A stretch of 61,107 bases of DNA from a virus (taxonomy: Duplodnaviria > Caudoviricetes), in IMG/VR virus record IMGVR_UViG_3300043429_000621, positions 1 to 61,107 of that record; one strand, 5' to 3'. Of this stretch, positions 26,624 to 35,007 are shown one piece after another. Under the pieces are notes generated by a model. That model ran no database searches and was not told the DNA's origin. It saw nothing but the letters and a program-made list of their open reading frames with translations. The position numbers were made by a program, and so were the translations under genes. How positions within the stretch are numbered: the first letter of the stretch is position 1; every line of letters begins with the position of its first letter.

Positions 26624-28264
26624 TCAAGTGTTATAAAGCGGTGCATCTCCAGAATTTCCTGTGAACCTCTGCGCTTCTTCCAGTTCAGCAAGACGTTCCG
26701 CAGCGCGCGTCAACATACCTGTGGATCGCAAATGATTGAGGCTCATACTGACCGTATCGACGAGGTCGTCGTTCTTGCCCTTCGGGAAGACGCTGCACTG
26801 CCGGATCACCTGCTCGGCCCAGTCCTTGTCCGGCGCATAAACCATGCCCTCGGCGAAGATGTGCTGCACCGAGTAGAGCCGCGCGGTCTTGTCCAGCGTC
26901 TTCGGGTCGTACATCTGCACCGCGAAGGCCTCGGCCCCGAACAGCCGCCTGATCTCCTGCGCCACCGAGTGACCGGCGGCCTTGTTCTCGATCAGCAGCC
27001 GGTCGACGCGCATCCGGCTGCAGGTGGCGGCGACCTTCTCGGCCAGTTCGTGCAGTTCCAGCTTCACCTGCCACGCATACATCAGCATGACCTTTGGCAC
27101 CGGCCCCAGCATCTCGGACTGGTAGCTGGTGCGCAACTCGATGGTGCGCCCGTAGCGGTCGACCGACCGCGTCGCCTGCCCCTCGCTGGGCGCGGAGAAC
27201 ACGCCCCAGACCGTCAGGGCGCTGAAGTCATTCTCGGCCTTGGTGGTGTAGGCGGTGTCGAGGCTGGCCACGATGAACTCGATGGGCGGGTATTCCGGCT
27301 TGTCCCAGAGTTGCCACCAGTGGTCCTTGATGATCCCGCCGCCGCGCGGCTCCGGCTGCTGCTGGAACTGACCGGCGGTCGCGTATGGCCCCATCGCCTT
27401 CTCGTCGCGCTCCACCACCTCGATGGGGAAGCGGTCGGGGAACAGCAACTCGCCCTCCTCCTCGCGTGGGTCGGCATAACCCAGCTTCGTGGGGTAGGCG
27501 CGCGCGGGGTCGTAGCGCATGGGCAGCATGATGTGGTCATAGCCCAGTCCGCGCGACAGGATCACGCCGGAGACGTCCTCCTCATGCAGGCGCTGCATCA
27601 CCACCACGATGGCCGAGCGGTCGGGGTTGTTGACGCGGGTCGGCACGGCCTCCAGAAACCATGTCAGGGTGGATTGGCGCTGCTGGTCGCTGTTCGCGCC
27701 GTCGACCGAATGCGGGTCGTCGATGATCACGCGGTCGCCGCGCGCGCCGGTGATCGAACCGGCGGCGGTGGCCTGCCGAAAGCCGGTGGCGGTGTTTTCG
27801 AACTTGGTCTTCTGGTTCTGGTCGCCGGTCAGCTGAACGATGTCGCCCCAGTGGCCCTGATACCAGTCGGAAGTGACGAGGCGGCGCATCCGCAGGCCGT
27901 CGCGGATGGCGAGGTCTTGGCTGTGGGCGGCGCAGACGTAGCGCATGTGCGGCATGGCGCGCGGTCCCCACTCCCACGCGGGCCAGAACACGCCGATCAG
28001 CAGGGATTTCATGGTACCAGGCGGGACGTTCACCAGCAGGCGGTTGTAGAGGTCGCCGTTGTCCAGCACCACCTCGTCGGTGATCGCCTCCAGATGGGCG
28101 CAGATGAAGTCGATGTGCCAGCCGTGGACGTAGGGCTGGCCGGGCTCGATCACCCGCCATGCGTGGCGCACGAACTCGGCCAGCGACAGTTCGCACTTGC
28201 GCTTCTCGATGGCCTGCAGCAGCGCCGCAGGGTCGATGGCAAAGGGGAGATCAATCTTTCCCAA
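26624..28264 (-). CDS. terL: Terminase large subunit
   Basis: NVPPGTMKS (Walker A variant), TGARGD.VIIDDP (Walker B), VMQRLHE.D, SLDTA, IENKAAG, FPKGKNDDLVD; TTG start inferred. Confidence 0.93.
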   Translation of the reverse strand: MGKIDLPFAIDPAALLQAIEKRKCELSLAEFVRHAWRVIEPGQPYVHGWHIDFICAHLEAITDEVVLDNGDLYNRLLVNVPPGTMKSLLIGVFWPAWEWGPRAMPHMRYVCAAHSQDLAIRDGLRMRRLVTSDWYQGHWGDIVQLTGDQNQKTKFENTATGFRQATAAGSITGARGDRVIIDDPHSVDGANSDQQRQSTLTWFLEAVPTRVNNPDRSAIVVVMQRLHEEDVSGVILSRGLGYDHIMLPMRYDPARAYPTKLGYADPREEEGELLFPDRFPIEVVERDEKAMGPYATAGQFQQQPEPRGGGIIKDHWWQLWDKPEYPPIEFIVASLDTAYTTKAENDFSALTVWGVFSAPSEGQATRSVDRYGRTIELRTSYQSEMLGPVPKVMLMYAWQVKLELHELAEKVAATCSRMRVDRLLIENKAAGHSVAQEIRRLFGAEAFAVQMYDPKTLDKTARLYSVQHIFAEGMVYAPDKDWAEQVIRQCSVFPKGKNDDLVDTVSMSLNHLRSTGMLTRAAERLAELEEAQRFTGNSGDAPLYNT

Positions 28265-28715
28265 GGGACTTCTGCAGCGCCGCGCCCAGCGCCTCCAGTT
28301 CCTCCAGCGACAGGTTCGACACATCAAGCTGCGTCGTGGTGCGGATCGGCTCCATGTCGGCGGAGCCGCCCACCATCATCTTCTCGCCATAGACCTTTGG
28401 CTTGCGCTTGCCCGCCGCCCATTTGTAGGCGTCGATGGCCACGCGCGCGGCATGCGGATCGACCTTGCCCTGCACCACCTGCTCGGCGATGTCGCCGATC
28501 TTGTCGGCGTCGTGGTCGGCCTGATCCTCGCGCGCGCGCGTATAATTCGCCGCGAATTCGGGGTACAACCGCAACCATTTCATCACGGTCGTGTAGCTGG
28601 GCAGTTCGTCGTCCTCTTTCAGGATCGACACCAGACTGTTGCCTTCCGCGATCCCGTGCAGGATGCGGTCGGCGATCTCTTCGGTAAATTCCATCGGCGG
28701 GCGACCAGCGGGCAT
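28251..28715 (-). CDS. terS: Terminase small subunit (Sf6/P22-like)
   Basis: GRP..FTEEIADRI...IAEG.SL..I...LPS..TV.KWL...F...Y.RARE...KW.A.K..PKVYG. Confidence 0.88.
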   Translation of the reverse strand: MPAGRPPMEFTEEIADRILHGIAEGNSLVSILKEDDELPSYTTVMKWLRLYPEFAANYTRAREDQADHDADKIGDIAEQVVQGKVDPHAARVAIDAYKWAAGKRKPKVYGEKMMVGGSADMEPIRTTTQLDVSNLSLEELEALGAALQKSLGKD

Positions 28716-28755
28716 ATCATGGGCCTCTCATGTTGATGCCCACAAGATAGCCCTT

Positions 28756-28893
28756 TCAGAACGGGATGTCACCGTTGGGATACCAGTGGCCGGTCTTCGG
28801 CATCAGGAACACCGGCGGCGGTGGAGGCGGTGCCTTCGCAGGCACCACCCCGATCTCGCGCAACGCCCAGTCCATGTGCGGGGGCAGGGTCAT
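28756..28893 (-). CDS. 45-aa Pro-rich peptide ending in GDIPF
   Basis: Manual translation MTLPPHMDWALREIGVVPAKAPPPPPPVFLMPKTGHWYPNGDIPF*; GAGGAGG RBS; ATGA overlap. Confidence 0.65.
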   Translation of the reverse strand: MTLPPHMDWALREIGVVPAKAPPPPPPVFLMPKTGHWYPNGDIPF

Positions 28894-29438
28894 GCGTCCT
28901 CCTCGATCATCAACTCGTCGCAGTCGCCGCAGATCACGCGCATGCCCTGTTTGGCATCATATGACATAGTTTCGTGGTATTTTTTCTTGGCGTTCAGGTA
29001 GGCAGCTTCAGCTTCCTCCTTGGTTGCAAACGAGCCGAGAGAAATGAACTTTTTCCCAACCGTAATTGACGCGCGCCACCTTCCGTATTTTCGCTTGGTG
29101 ACCCCAACAACGCCAGTCGTGTTTCTTGAAGACATCTTTCGGTTTTGCTGGTTCAGGCTATTGCTGGCCTCGCGCAAATTTTCGATCCGGTTATCCGAGC
29201 GATCACCATTGATGTGGTCCAGCATTCCGGTCGGAATGAAGCCGCACTCGTACAGCCACGCCAGCCTATGGGCCAGATGCTTGACCCCGTCCAACCGGAT
29301 CGTGACATACCCATCTGATCTAATGCAGCCAGCGGAAGAACCCGCTTTTGCCCTATTGCTGTTCGTTACACGCCACCGAAATCCTCCGGTGGCTCGATCA
29401 AATTCCAGCAAATCTTTTAGTCTGGCCTGATCCATCAT
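28890..29438 (-). CDS. HNH-AP2 homing endonuclease
   Basis: AHRLAWLY, DHINGDRSDNRIENLRE, AP2-like GV...WRA.I...LGSF.T.EEA..AY; AT-richer than flanks. Confidence 0.9.
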   Translation of the reverse strand: MMDQARLKDLLEFDRATGGFRWRVTNSNRAKAGSSAGCIRSDGYVTIRLDGVKHLAHRLAWLYECGFIPTGMLDHINGDRSDNRIENLREASNSLNQQNRKMSSRNTTGVVGVTKRKYGRWRASITVGKKFISLGSFATKEEAEAAYLNAKKKYHETMSYDAKQGMRVICGDCDELMIEEDA

Positions 29439-30070
29439 TCCTCCTGAACCATGAGTTCGTCGCAATCCGCGCAAACAATCCTCATGCCCTGCTTGCACCA
29501 TGCCTTAGCGCCACAGCACGGGCAAGAGGTTTTCACCTTGGACAGGTCGCGCTTCTTGGCTGCCGCCTCGCGGGGCTTGGTGAAGTAGGGCAGGTCGAAG
29601 CCCTTGTCGGTCAGTTCGGCCAGCGCATCGACGAACGGCCCTTCGGGGTCGATGTAGTGGGTCATCTGCCGACCGGTTTGCTTCCCGCCGGGCTCACCGG
29701 TGTTCGACGGGATCAAACCGACGCGCTCCATCAGCTTGACCCATTCCTTGTTGTGGTGGCCCTTCTTGCTGGGCTTGCCGAACTCCTGCTGCTCCAGATG
29801 GGTCATCTCATGCACCAGCGTGGACAGCACGGCCTCCAGTGTCCGGTCCATGGTCGCGGGGTTCATGGCGATCTCATGCGTGGTGTCGCCATCCTCGCGG
29901 TGGGTGAACTGTTCGGCCCAGAAGTAGCCGTGGGCCTTGCGCCCAGCGCGCAGGGTGAACAGCACCGGCGGCAGGCGGTTTTCGAACAGCCGGTCGTTGA
30001 AGTGGTTGAAGGCCGTCTCCAGCCCGTCATAGGTTTCCTTGGTGGGGGTCTGCCAGTTGCTCATGGTCAT
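29435..30070 (-). CDS. SprT-like zinc metalloprotease
   Basis: FN..LF...LP, TLVHEMTH, H.KEW...M..VGLIPS, C-terminal CPCC/CxxC. Confidence 0.85.
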   Translation of the reverse strand: MTMSNWQTPTKETYDGLETAFNHFNDRLFENRLPPVLFTLRAGRKAHGYFWAEQFTHREDGDTTHEIAMNPATMDRTLEAVLSTLVHEMTHLEQQEFGKPSKKGHHNKEWVKLMERVGLIPSNTGEPGGKQTGRQMTHYIDPEGPFVDALAELTDKGFDLPYFTKPREAAAKKRDLSKVKTSCPCCGAKAWCKQGMRIVCADCDELMVQEE

Positions 30071-30078
30071 ATCTCCTC

Positions 30079-30237
30079 TTAAATCCAACCATCCGTGATC
30101 TCGACGCCGTTCACGACGCGCCCGAACTTCCAGCCATAGGCGCTGTGCTTGCGGACATAGGCATCGCGCTTGGCCTCGCTGCGGAACAGGTAGAACTCGC
30201 AATCGTCATCGACGTTCTGGGCGAAATATTCGGTCAT
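30079..30237 (-). CDS. Hypothetical protein, 52 aa
   Basis: Manual translation MTEYFAQNVDDDCEFYLF...GWI*. Confidence 0.55.
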   Translation of the reverse strand: MTEYFAQNVDDDCEFYLFRSEAKRDAYVRKHSAYGWKFGRVVNGVEITDGWI

Positions 30238-30238
30238 C

Positions 30239-30430
30239 TCAGCACAGCCCCATCAGCTTGTCTTCCAGCAGCAGGATCGCGCTGGGGGTCGGGACGATGT
30301 CCGCGCTCGACAGCAGGTCATCGCAGAACAGGTACTTTTCCTCGGTCGCGTGGTAAGCGGCCTTGTTTTCTTCGGTGATCAGGTCCGCGATGCGGGCGGC
30401 GCTGGTTTTCTTCTGGTCGGTCATGGTCAT
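30239..30430 (-). CDS. Hypothetical protein
   Basis: GGAG RBS; first gene after a promoter. Confidence 0.6.
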   Translation of the reverse strand: MTMTDQKKTSAARIADLITEENKAAYHATEEKYLFCDDLLSSADIVPTPSAILLLEDKLMGLC

Positions 30431-30450
30431 CTCCGTTCATCTCAACTGAA

Positions 30451-30482
30451 GACACCGTACATCGTACGATGCACGGTGTCAA
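30451..30482 (-). promoter_or_regulatory. Sigma70-like promoter embedded in a 30-bp palindrome
   Basis: TTGACA-17-TACGGT; the palindrome GACACCGTaCATCGTACGATGcACGGTGTC has one mismatch. Confidence 0.7.
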
Positions 30483-30485
30483 CAA

Positions 30486-30722
30486 TCAGATTGTGGAAAT
30501 ATCGACACCCTGCGCTGCCTGCAGCATCTGCTCGGCATAGGTGATGCAGCCGACCCCGATGATGCCCTCCGGCGGGTTTCTCTCCGCGTCAAGGTAGACA
30601 TGGGCCAGTTCCGCCATCCGCTGCAGTTCAGGGTCTTCCTTGATCTGCTCCGGCGTCTCCATGTCCTTCATGCGATCAGCGATGGCCCTGCACAGGTCAT
30701 CGAACGTGCGGTATTCGGCCAT
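30486..30722 (-). CDS. Hypothetical protein
   Basis: GGAGG RBS; TGATG coupling. Confidence 0.6.
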   Translation of the reverse strand: MAEYRTFDDLCRAIADRMKDMETPEQIKEDPELQRMAELAHVYLDAERNPPEGIIGVGCITYAEQMLQAAQGVDISTI

Positions 30723-31015
30723 CACAGCACCTCCCCATAGAGTTCCAGAAGCGTGTCGTGGATCGACATCGTGGTCTTGAACACCTCGTCCAGTTCGACC
30801 GTGAGGTGCAGCGCCTCCAGCAAACACTTCTGCTGGTCCACGAGGCGCGCGACGTCCATGGCCTTCATGAACACCTCGCTGTCGCTCTTCACATAGCCAG
30901 CGACCTCGACAGAACCGCAGATGTCCTTGCCGGTCCAAAGCATGATCGAGACGGACATGTGCTTCACATCGTTGTGCATGAAGGTGTTTGCATACAGGGT
31001 GATGCGGATCGTCAT
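30722..31015 (-). CDS. Hypothetical protein
   Basis: AAGGAGG RBS. Confidence 0.6.
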   Translation of the reverse strand: MTIRITLYANTFMHNDVKHMSVSIMLWTGKDICGSVEVAGYVKSDSEVFMKAMDVARLVDQQKCLLEALHLTVELDEVFKTTMSIHDTLLELYGEVL

Positions 31016-31037
31016 GATGGCCTCCTTGCCAAAGAAC

Positions 31038-31074
31038 ATGCCCACATCCTACATCGAGAATGTGGGCATTGCAA
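31038..31074 (-). promoter_or_regulatory. Sigma70-like promoter overlapped by an inverted repeat
   Basis: TTGCAA-17-TAGGAT; ATGCCCACAT-N12-ATGTGGGCAT. Confidence 0.6.
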
Positions 31075-31077
31075 CAT

Positions 31078-31251
31078 CTATGTTGTGTAATCATCGACCA
31101 CGGCGATCAGCCGCCGCGCGTCATCCACGGCCATCTCGACCAAGTCCTCCGGAGACCACTCGTACTTCATCTGATACGGGATCAAGGCTGCCATCATCTG
31201 CGTGGCGACCTGCAGCAACTCCGCGCGCTTCTCCAGCTGGCTCCGCATCAT
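31078..31251 (-). CDS. Hypothetical protein, 57 aa
   Basis: Manual translation MMRSQLEKRAELLQVATQMMAAL...; ATGA overlap. Confidence 0.55.
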   Translation of the reverse strand: MMRSQLEKRAELLQVATQMMAALIPYQMKYEWSPEDLVEMAVDDARRLIAVVDDYTT

Positions 31252-31502
31252 TCCGCGTCCCTCCGCAGCGTCGGGGCCAGTTCGGTGACGGCGATCACCG
31301 GCACCAGCTGGTCGAGGTTGCCCACGACGAACTGGCAGGTGTCCTCGTCATAGATCGCGGTGTCCTTCATGCGGGACGCGCCGATCAGGAACGCGGTGTA
31401 CAGCCGCTCGTCATAGAACTCCGACACGATCTTCCCCAAGGGGGTCATGATCTGGATGACCTTGGCCGTCGGAACGCGGACGGTGCGCTTGTGCAACTTC
31501 AT
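31248..31502 (-). CDS. Hypothetical protein
   Basis: AAGGAG RBS. Confidence 0.6.
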   Translation of the reverse strand: MKLHKRTVRVPTAKVIQIMTPLGKIVSEFYDERLYTAFLIGASRMKDTAIYDEDTCQFVVGNLDQLVPVIAVTELAPTLRRDAE

Positions 31503-31529
31503 GGCAATCTCCTTCTCTCTGCCGCCTTC

Positions 31530-31601
31530 ACCCTACATCACAAACGAAATGTCGGTCAACCAACATTTTCCTGTTGACTGCATCGTACGATGCTGTATAC
31601 C
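31530..31601. promoter_or_regulatory. Divergent promoter pair with palindromic operator
   Basis: Minus TTGACC-18-TAGGGT; plus TTGACT-16-TATACC with GCATCGTACGATGC in the spacer. Confidence 0.6.
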
Positions 31602-31645
31602 GGTCCTACCAGCCAACGACGGCTGGCTGTTTCTTGGAGATCACC

Positions 31646-31930
31646 ATGACCATCATGTCCCCCATCCCGCTGGCCGACCGCTACGCCGCCGCCAAGCTGG
31701 CCTTCGACGCCGCCAAGGAAGCCCTCGACGCCCTCAAGGAGGAGGTCAAGGAACTCGGCATGGAGCGCCTGTCCGGCGTGACCTGCGACCTCACCCTCTC
31801 GCTCTCCGAGCAGATGCGCCTCGACCAGAAGAAGGTCGCCCAGCTGCTGACCGCCGAGCAGATCGAGGCCTGCAAGTCGCCGGTCCTCGTCGAGACCATC
31901 CGCGTCAAGGCGAAAGGGGTGGCAGCATGA
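31646..31930 (+). CDS. Hypothetical early protein
   Basis: GGAG RBS; strongly biased codons. Confidence 0.7.
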   Translation: MTIMSPIPLADRYAAAKLAFDAAKEALDALKEEVKELGMERLSGVTCDLTLSLSEQMRLDQKKVAQLLTAEQIEACKSPVLVETIRVKAKGVAA

Positions 31931-32148
31931 TCCGCCACATGATCACCGAGAGCGGCAACCACATGGTAGGCCCCAGCGTTGTTGGGGTCCACCGAGACGC
32001 TGCCGATGCCAGCAGGCACTTCGAAAGCATCCGACGCAACTTCCAGAGAGACGGATACACCGTGGCCGACAACTACCTTGGCTGCTTCACCGTCAACCGA
32101 GGCGAGGAAACCTGCACCTTCGCCCTGCAGGCGATCCAGTTCGACTGA
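31927..32148 (+). CDS. Hypothetical protein
   Basis: ATGA-coupled. Confidence 0.55.
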   Translation: MIRHMITESGNHMVGPSVVGVHRDAADASRHFESIRRNFQRDGYTVADNYLGCFTVNRGEETCTFALQAIQFD

Positions 32149-32500
32149 TCCGCCGGTCTAGGGGGTGCATAGCAGGCTGAATAGTCTGGATATGCACCCC
32201 CTCTACTAAGCACTAAGCCATTGAACCTGAACGGAAATTCACCCCTTTTGGGGGTGCTTAGCAGAATAGTTGCCCTTGAGATACAGATACTAGGTAGTTA
32301 GCCACCCTCTGGACACCCCTTTCATTTCCTAAATCTAATAAACAATAGCCCTTAGGGCTGGTTTGAATATTTTGTATAAGTACCCCCCTTGGGGTTCCCT
32401 TTAGTTATTAGATTTCAGTGCCTTGCATTTCTCGATGTGCTTATTCCAACATCCACTATGTTGCACTATGTTGACTAGGCTCTGCTAGGCACCCCGCCCA
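32149..32500. other. AT-rich non-coding region with repeats; candidate replication origin
   Basis: Longest ORF-free stretch; AGGGGGTGCATA...TATGCACCCCCT inverted repeat, GGGGTGC[AT]TAGCAG twice, CACTATGTTG twice in tandem, AT-rich core. Confidence 0.5.
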
Positions 32501-32568
32501 CCCATTGACCGGTCCGTCGTTCCGGTTTACTTACTAACAATCATCAGCATGAAGGAGGATTTTACGAC

Positions 32569-32931
32569 ATGAGCATCTGGGATAACGATGAAGACTATTT
32601 CTCTCCGACAGCAGCCTCGCGGAGCAGGGATGTCACCAAGTTCGGTATCCGCGCGCCGAAACTGAAGGGCATGAACGGTCGGCTCTACATCCCCGCGCGC
32701 CTGAATGCGCAGGTCGGCCAGTATGTCCGGTATGTCAAAGTGCCGGAGGGTATGGCGTTTCGGGTCGGCGAGAAGGGCGACTACAAGGTCTGCGCCCAGA
32801 ATTCCGGAACGGCGATCCTGTTTGCGCAGGCTCCGTATGAACTCTGCCGGTTCGCCAAGAACAGGACGATCAGCATCGAGGTCGAGGACTTCAACGGCGG
32901 CTACCTCTGCCGCTACAGCCAGTTCGAATGA
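32569..32931 (+). CDS. Hypothetical protein (possible AbrB-like fold; resembles 47597..47950)
   Basis: AAGGAGG RBS; upstream TTGACC; followed by its own terminator. Confidence 0.65.
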   Translation: MSIWDNDEDYFSPTAASRSRDVTKFGIRAPKLKGMNGRLYIPARLNAQVGQYVRYVKVPEGMAFRVGEKGDYKVCAQNSGTAILFAQAPYELCRFAKNRTISIEVEDFNGGYLCRYSQFE

Positions 32932-32932
32932 A

Positions 32933-32957
32933 GAAGGGGGCCTCGCGGCCCCCTTTC
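32933..32957. terminator. Bidirectional intrinsic terminator
   Basis: GAAGGGGGCC-TCGC-GGCCCCCTTTC between convergent genes. Confidence 0.75.
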
Positions 32958-32961
32958 GGTG

Positions 32962-33552
32962 TCAACCGGCGGAGACGCCGAGCGTTCGCCTGATGACCTC
33001 GATGTCCTTGGCGTAGACAACGTGTGACGCCCTCTCCTGATCCATGGATTGGAACAGCCGCGCCGAGGCGATCTCGCCGGTCTTGTGCTTCCACCACAGC
33101 CAGCTGGAGGCTTGGTTCATCGACATTTCCAGCCGGTCCGCTGCCCGCCTTGCGCTCCACACCCTGTCCTCGTCCAGCAGCGCCCTGATGCGCGCTCCTG
33201 CGTCGCCTTGGGTCACCACCACCGGCAATGCGTACACGACCTCCTGCGGGGCCTCCTGCGTGGCCTGCGCGGGCGCGGCAGCCGCGACCGGCTTGAACCG
33301 CTCCTGCACCTCGACGCGGATCGCGCGCCAGCGGGCGGAATACTTGGCGTAGCCCTCGCCGTCACGGTAGTTGTCGACGCAGTAGGCGAAGAGCATGTCG
33401 CCCACCTCGACCCCGACGGCGTCGACGATCTTGGTGGAGATGAACACCTTCTCGCCGTTCTCGCAGATCGCAAAGGCGGAGCCGCCCTTGGTCGTGCCGT
33501 CCACGGTGCAGATGCGGGTGCTGATGTCGGAGGGTTTGAAGAAGCCAGTCAT
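32962..33552 (-). CDS. Putative nucleic-acid-binding protein (OB-like + winged helix)
   Basis: GSAFA...GEKVFI N-domain and a C-terminal HTH-like segment. Confidence 0.5.
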   Translation of the reverse strand: MTGFFKPSDISTRICTVDGTTKGGSAFAICENGEKVFISTKIVDAVGVEVGDMLFAYCVDNYRDGEGYAKYSARWRAIRVEVQERFKPVAAAAPAQATQEAPQEVVYALPVVVTQGDAGARIRALLDEDRVWSARRAADRLEMSMNQASSWLWWKHKTGEIASARLFQSMDQERASHVVYAKDIEVIRRTLGVSAG

Positions 33553-33560
33553 GATGATCC

Positions 33561-33785
33561 TCAAGGGTTATGGCGTTTCCATGCCAATTCGATCTGCTCC
33601 TCCCGTGAGAGAGGGGCATTGTTCGCTTCCGTACGGATACGGTTCACTTCATCGGCGTACTGCCCCACCATGTACGAAATCAGGTCCAAGTCCTCTGCCT
33701 TGACCCACCAGCGCGGCAGGGGCCTGAAACCGGCCTCCCGCAGCGCCCGCGCGCCCTTGCTCTTCAACTCGGACCCGCCACTCAT
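33561..33785 (-). CDS. Hypothetical protein
   Basis: LREAGFRPLPRWWV; coupled ORF. Confidence 0.6.
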   Translation of the reverse strand: MSGGSELKSKGARALREAGFRPLPRWWVKAEDLDLISYMVGQYADEVNRIRTEANNAPLSREEQIELAWKRHNP

Positions 33786-33925
33786 TTCCGGACCTCGATC
33801 CTGACGACGCCCTTCGTGGTCGGGAACTCGATCTTGGCCGCGCGCAGATCGGCCTCTGCCACCGCCTTGATGATGGTCAAGATATCCCGCGTCTCCTGCA
33901 CCCAGTGCTGCTGCGCTGTGTTCAT
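33782..33925 (-). CDS. Hypothetical protein
   Basis: ATGA-coupled; GAGGAGG RBS. Confidence 0.55.
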   Translation of the reverse strand: MNTAQQHWVQETRDILTIIKAVAEADLRAAKIEFPTTKGVVRIEVRK

Positions 33926-34278
33926 CCCTTCCTCCTCATGACGAGCGCCAGCACCCGCTCTGGGTGGTGACGCAGGTTGATGCTCAGTTGCCGCCGCCCG
34001 ACGCCCAGATCGCGCGCCATGTGCGAGATCGAGGGCCAGTTGTGCGGGCCGACGGCGACCGGCTTGCGGTGGTTTGCCTTGCCGGAGCCAGGCACGATGC
34101 CCTTGCGGGTGCCGCACTTCTCCGCGTGGCCGTGTTTGTGCAGGCTCTGGTAGACCGACTGGCGCTTGATCCCCAGCGCATCTGCCAGCGCCTGCGGGCA
34201 GCGGTAAACGACACCGGCGCGGGACACCCGCAGGCACTGCCGCCCGCTGCAGGCCTTGGTGCAGGCGACCTCGGTCAC
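33922..34278 (-). CDS. Double-HTH (NUMOD1-like) DNA-binding protein
   Basis: GVVYRCPQALADALGI...V and WPSISHMARDLGV...L. Confidence 0.55.
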   Translation of the reverse strand: MTEVACTKACSGRQCLRVSRAGVVYRCPQALADALGIKRQSVYQSLHKHGHAEKCGTRKGIVPGSGKANHRKPVAVGPHNWPSISHMARDLGVGRRQLSINLRHHPERVLALVMRRKG

Positions 34279-34763
34279 TTCAGCTTCTCCTTGGCCGCCT
34301 TCACCCGCGCCCACTGGTCCTTCTTGGCGAGGACGAGCGGGCCGTAGTCGATGATGTCCGAATAGGCGTCGATCAGTTCCTGCATGGCCGCCTCCCGCAC
34401 CCGTGCGGCGTCCGTGGTGGCGGGTTCCAGCGCGGCGCGGTTCTTTGTGACGGCCATTTCCAAAGCCGTGCAGATCAGGTCGCGCCCGATAACCACGCCC
34501 TCGGACGCCTTCATGGAGCGGATCATGTCCAGCGCGGCTTCCATCCCGCGAACGTATGCGGCCTGTTCCCCCACCCCACGCGCAGGGAGCGCGGTGATGG
34601 CGGCGCGTGCAAACTTCGTCCACCTTGCGCGGATGTAGTCGGATTGATCATCGAAGGCTTCCGGCGTCCTTCCGTCAGCGACGGATTGGGGTGTGCCTGC
34701 GTCAACCGCTTCCGCCTTCCACATCGCAGCGGCAACGCGCCGGATCAGGTCATCGTCAGTCAT
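34275..34763 (-). CDS. Hypothetical protein
   Basis: Part of a coupled ORF chain. Confidence 0.55.
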   Translation of the reverse strand: MTDDDLIRRVAAAMWKAEAVDAGTPQSVADGRTPEAFDDQSDYIRARWTKFARAAITALPARGVGEQAAYVRGMEAALDMIRSMKASEGVVIGRDLICTALEMAVTKNRAALEPATTDAARVREAAMQELIDAYSDIIDYGPLVLAKKDQWARVKAAKEKLK

Positions 34764-35007
34764 TGGAGTTCTCCAAAGCAAATGTGTCGATGTCAGGCGG
34801 GGCAGCGCGGCGGTTCCATGCGGCGATGGCTTCGGCGCGGGTGCGGCCTGCGGCTCCGATGCACATGCAGCGGCTGCACCCAATCGCCAGCATCCCGCTG
34901 CTGGATTTGCAGAAGTAGGCGTCGTGGTCTAGGTCGCCGTGGTCGTCCTGTTCCGCCCCGCAGAACGGGCAGGGCAGAAGCGCCTCGGCCTTGTCGATCA
35001 AAGTCAT
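34756..35007 (-). CDS. Lar-family restriction-alleviation-like zinc protein
   Basis: LLPCPFCG...CSRC...AEAIAAWNRRA. Confidence 0.75.
   Translation of the reverse strand: MTLIDKAEALLPCPFCGAEQDDHGDLDHDAYFCKSSSGMLAIGCSRCMCIGAAGRTRAEAIAAWNRRAAPPDIDTFALENSND

Noticed and set aside
15646-28687. Very long plus-strand ORFs (753, 702, 553, 1214 and 651 aa; likewise 52965..55706 and 9778..11388)
   Set aside because: Antisense shadows of GC-rich minus-strand genes, with no motifs or RBS.
26047-29438. Group I introns or inteins around the HNH genes
   Set aside because: Neighbouring genes are uninterrupted ORFs with stops before each nuclease; no splice-junction or intein motifs were seen.
32149-32500. 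CRISPR array or tRNA in the non-coding island
   Set aside because: Repeats are short and irregular without spacers; no cloverleaf with a T-loop and acceptor stem was found.
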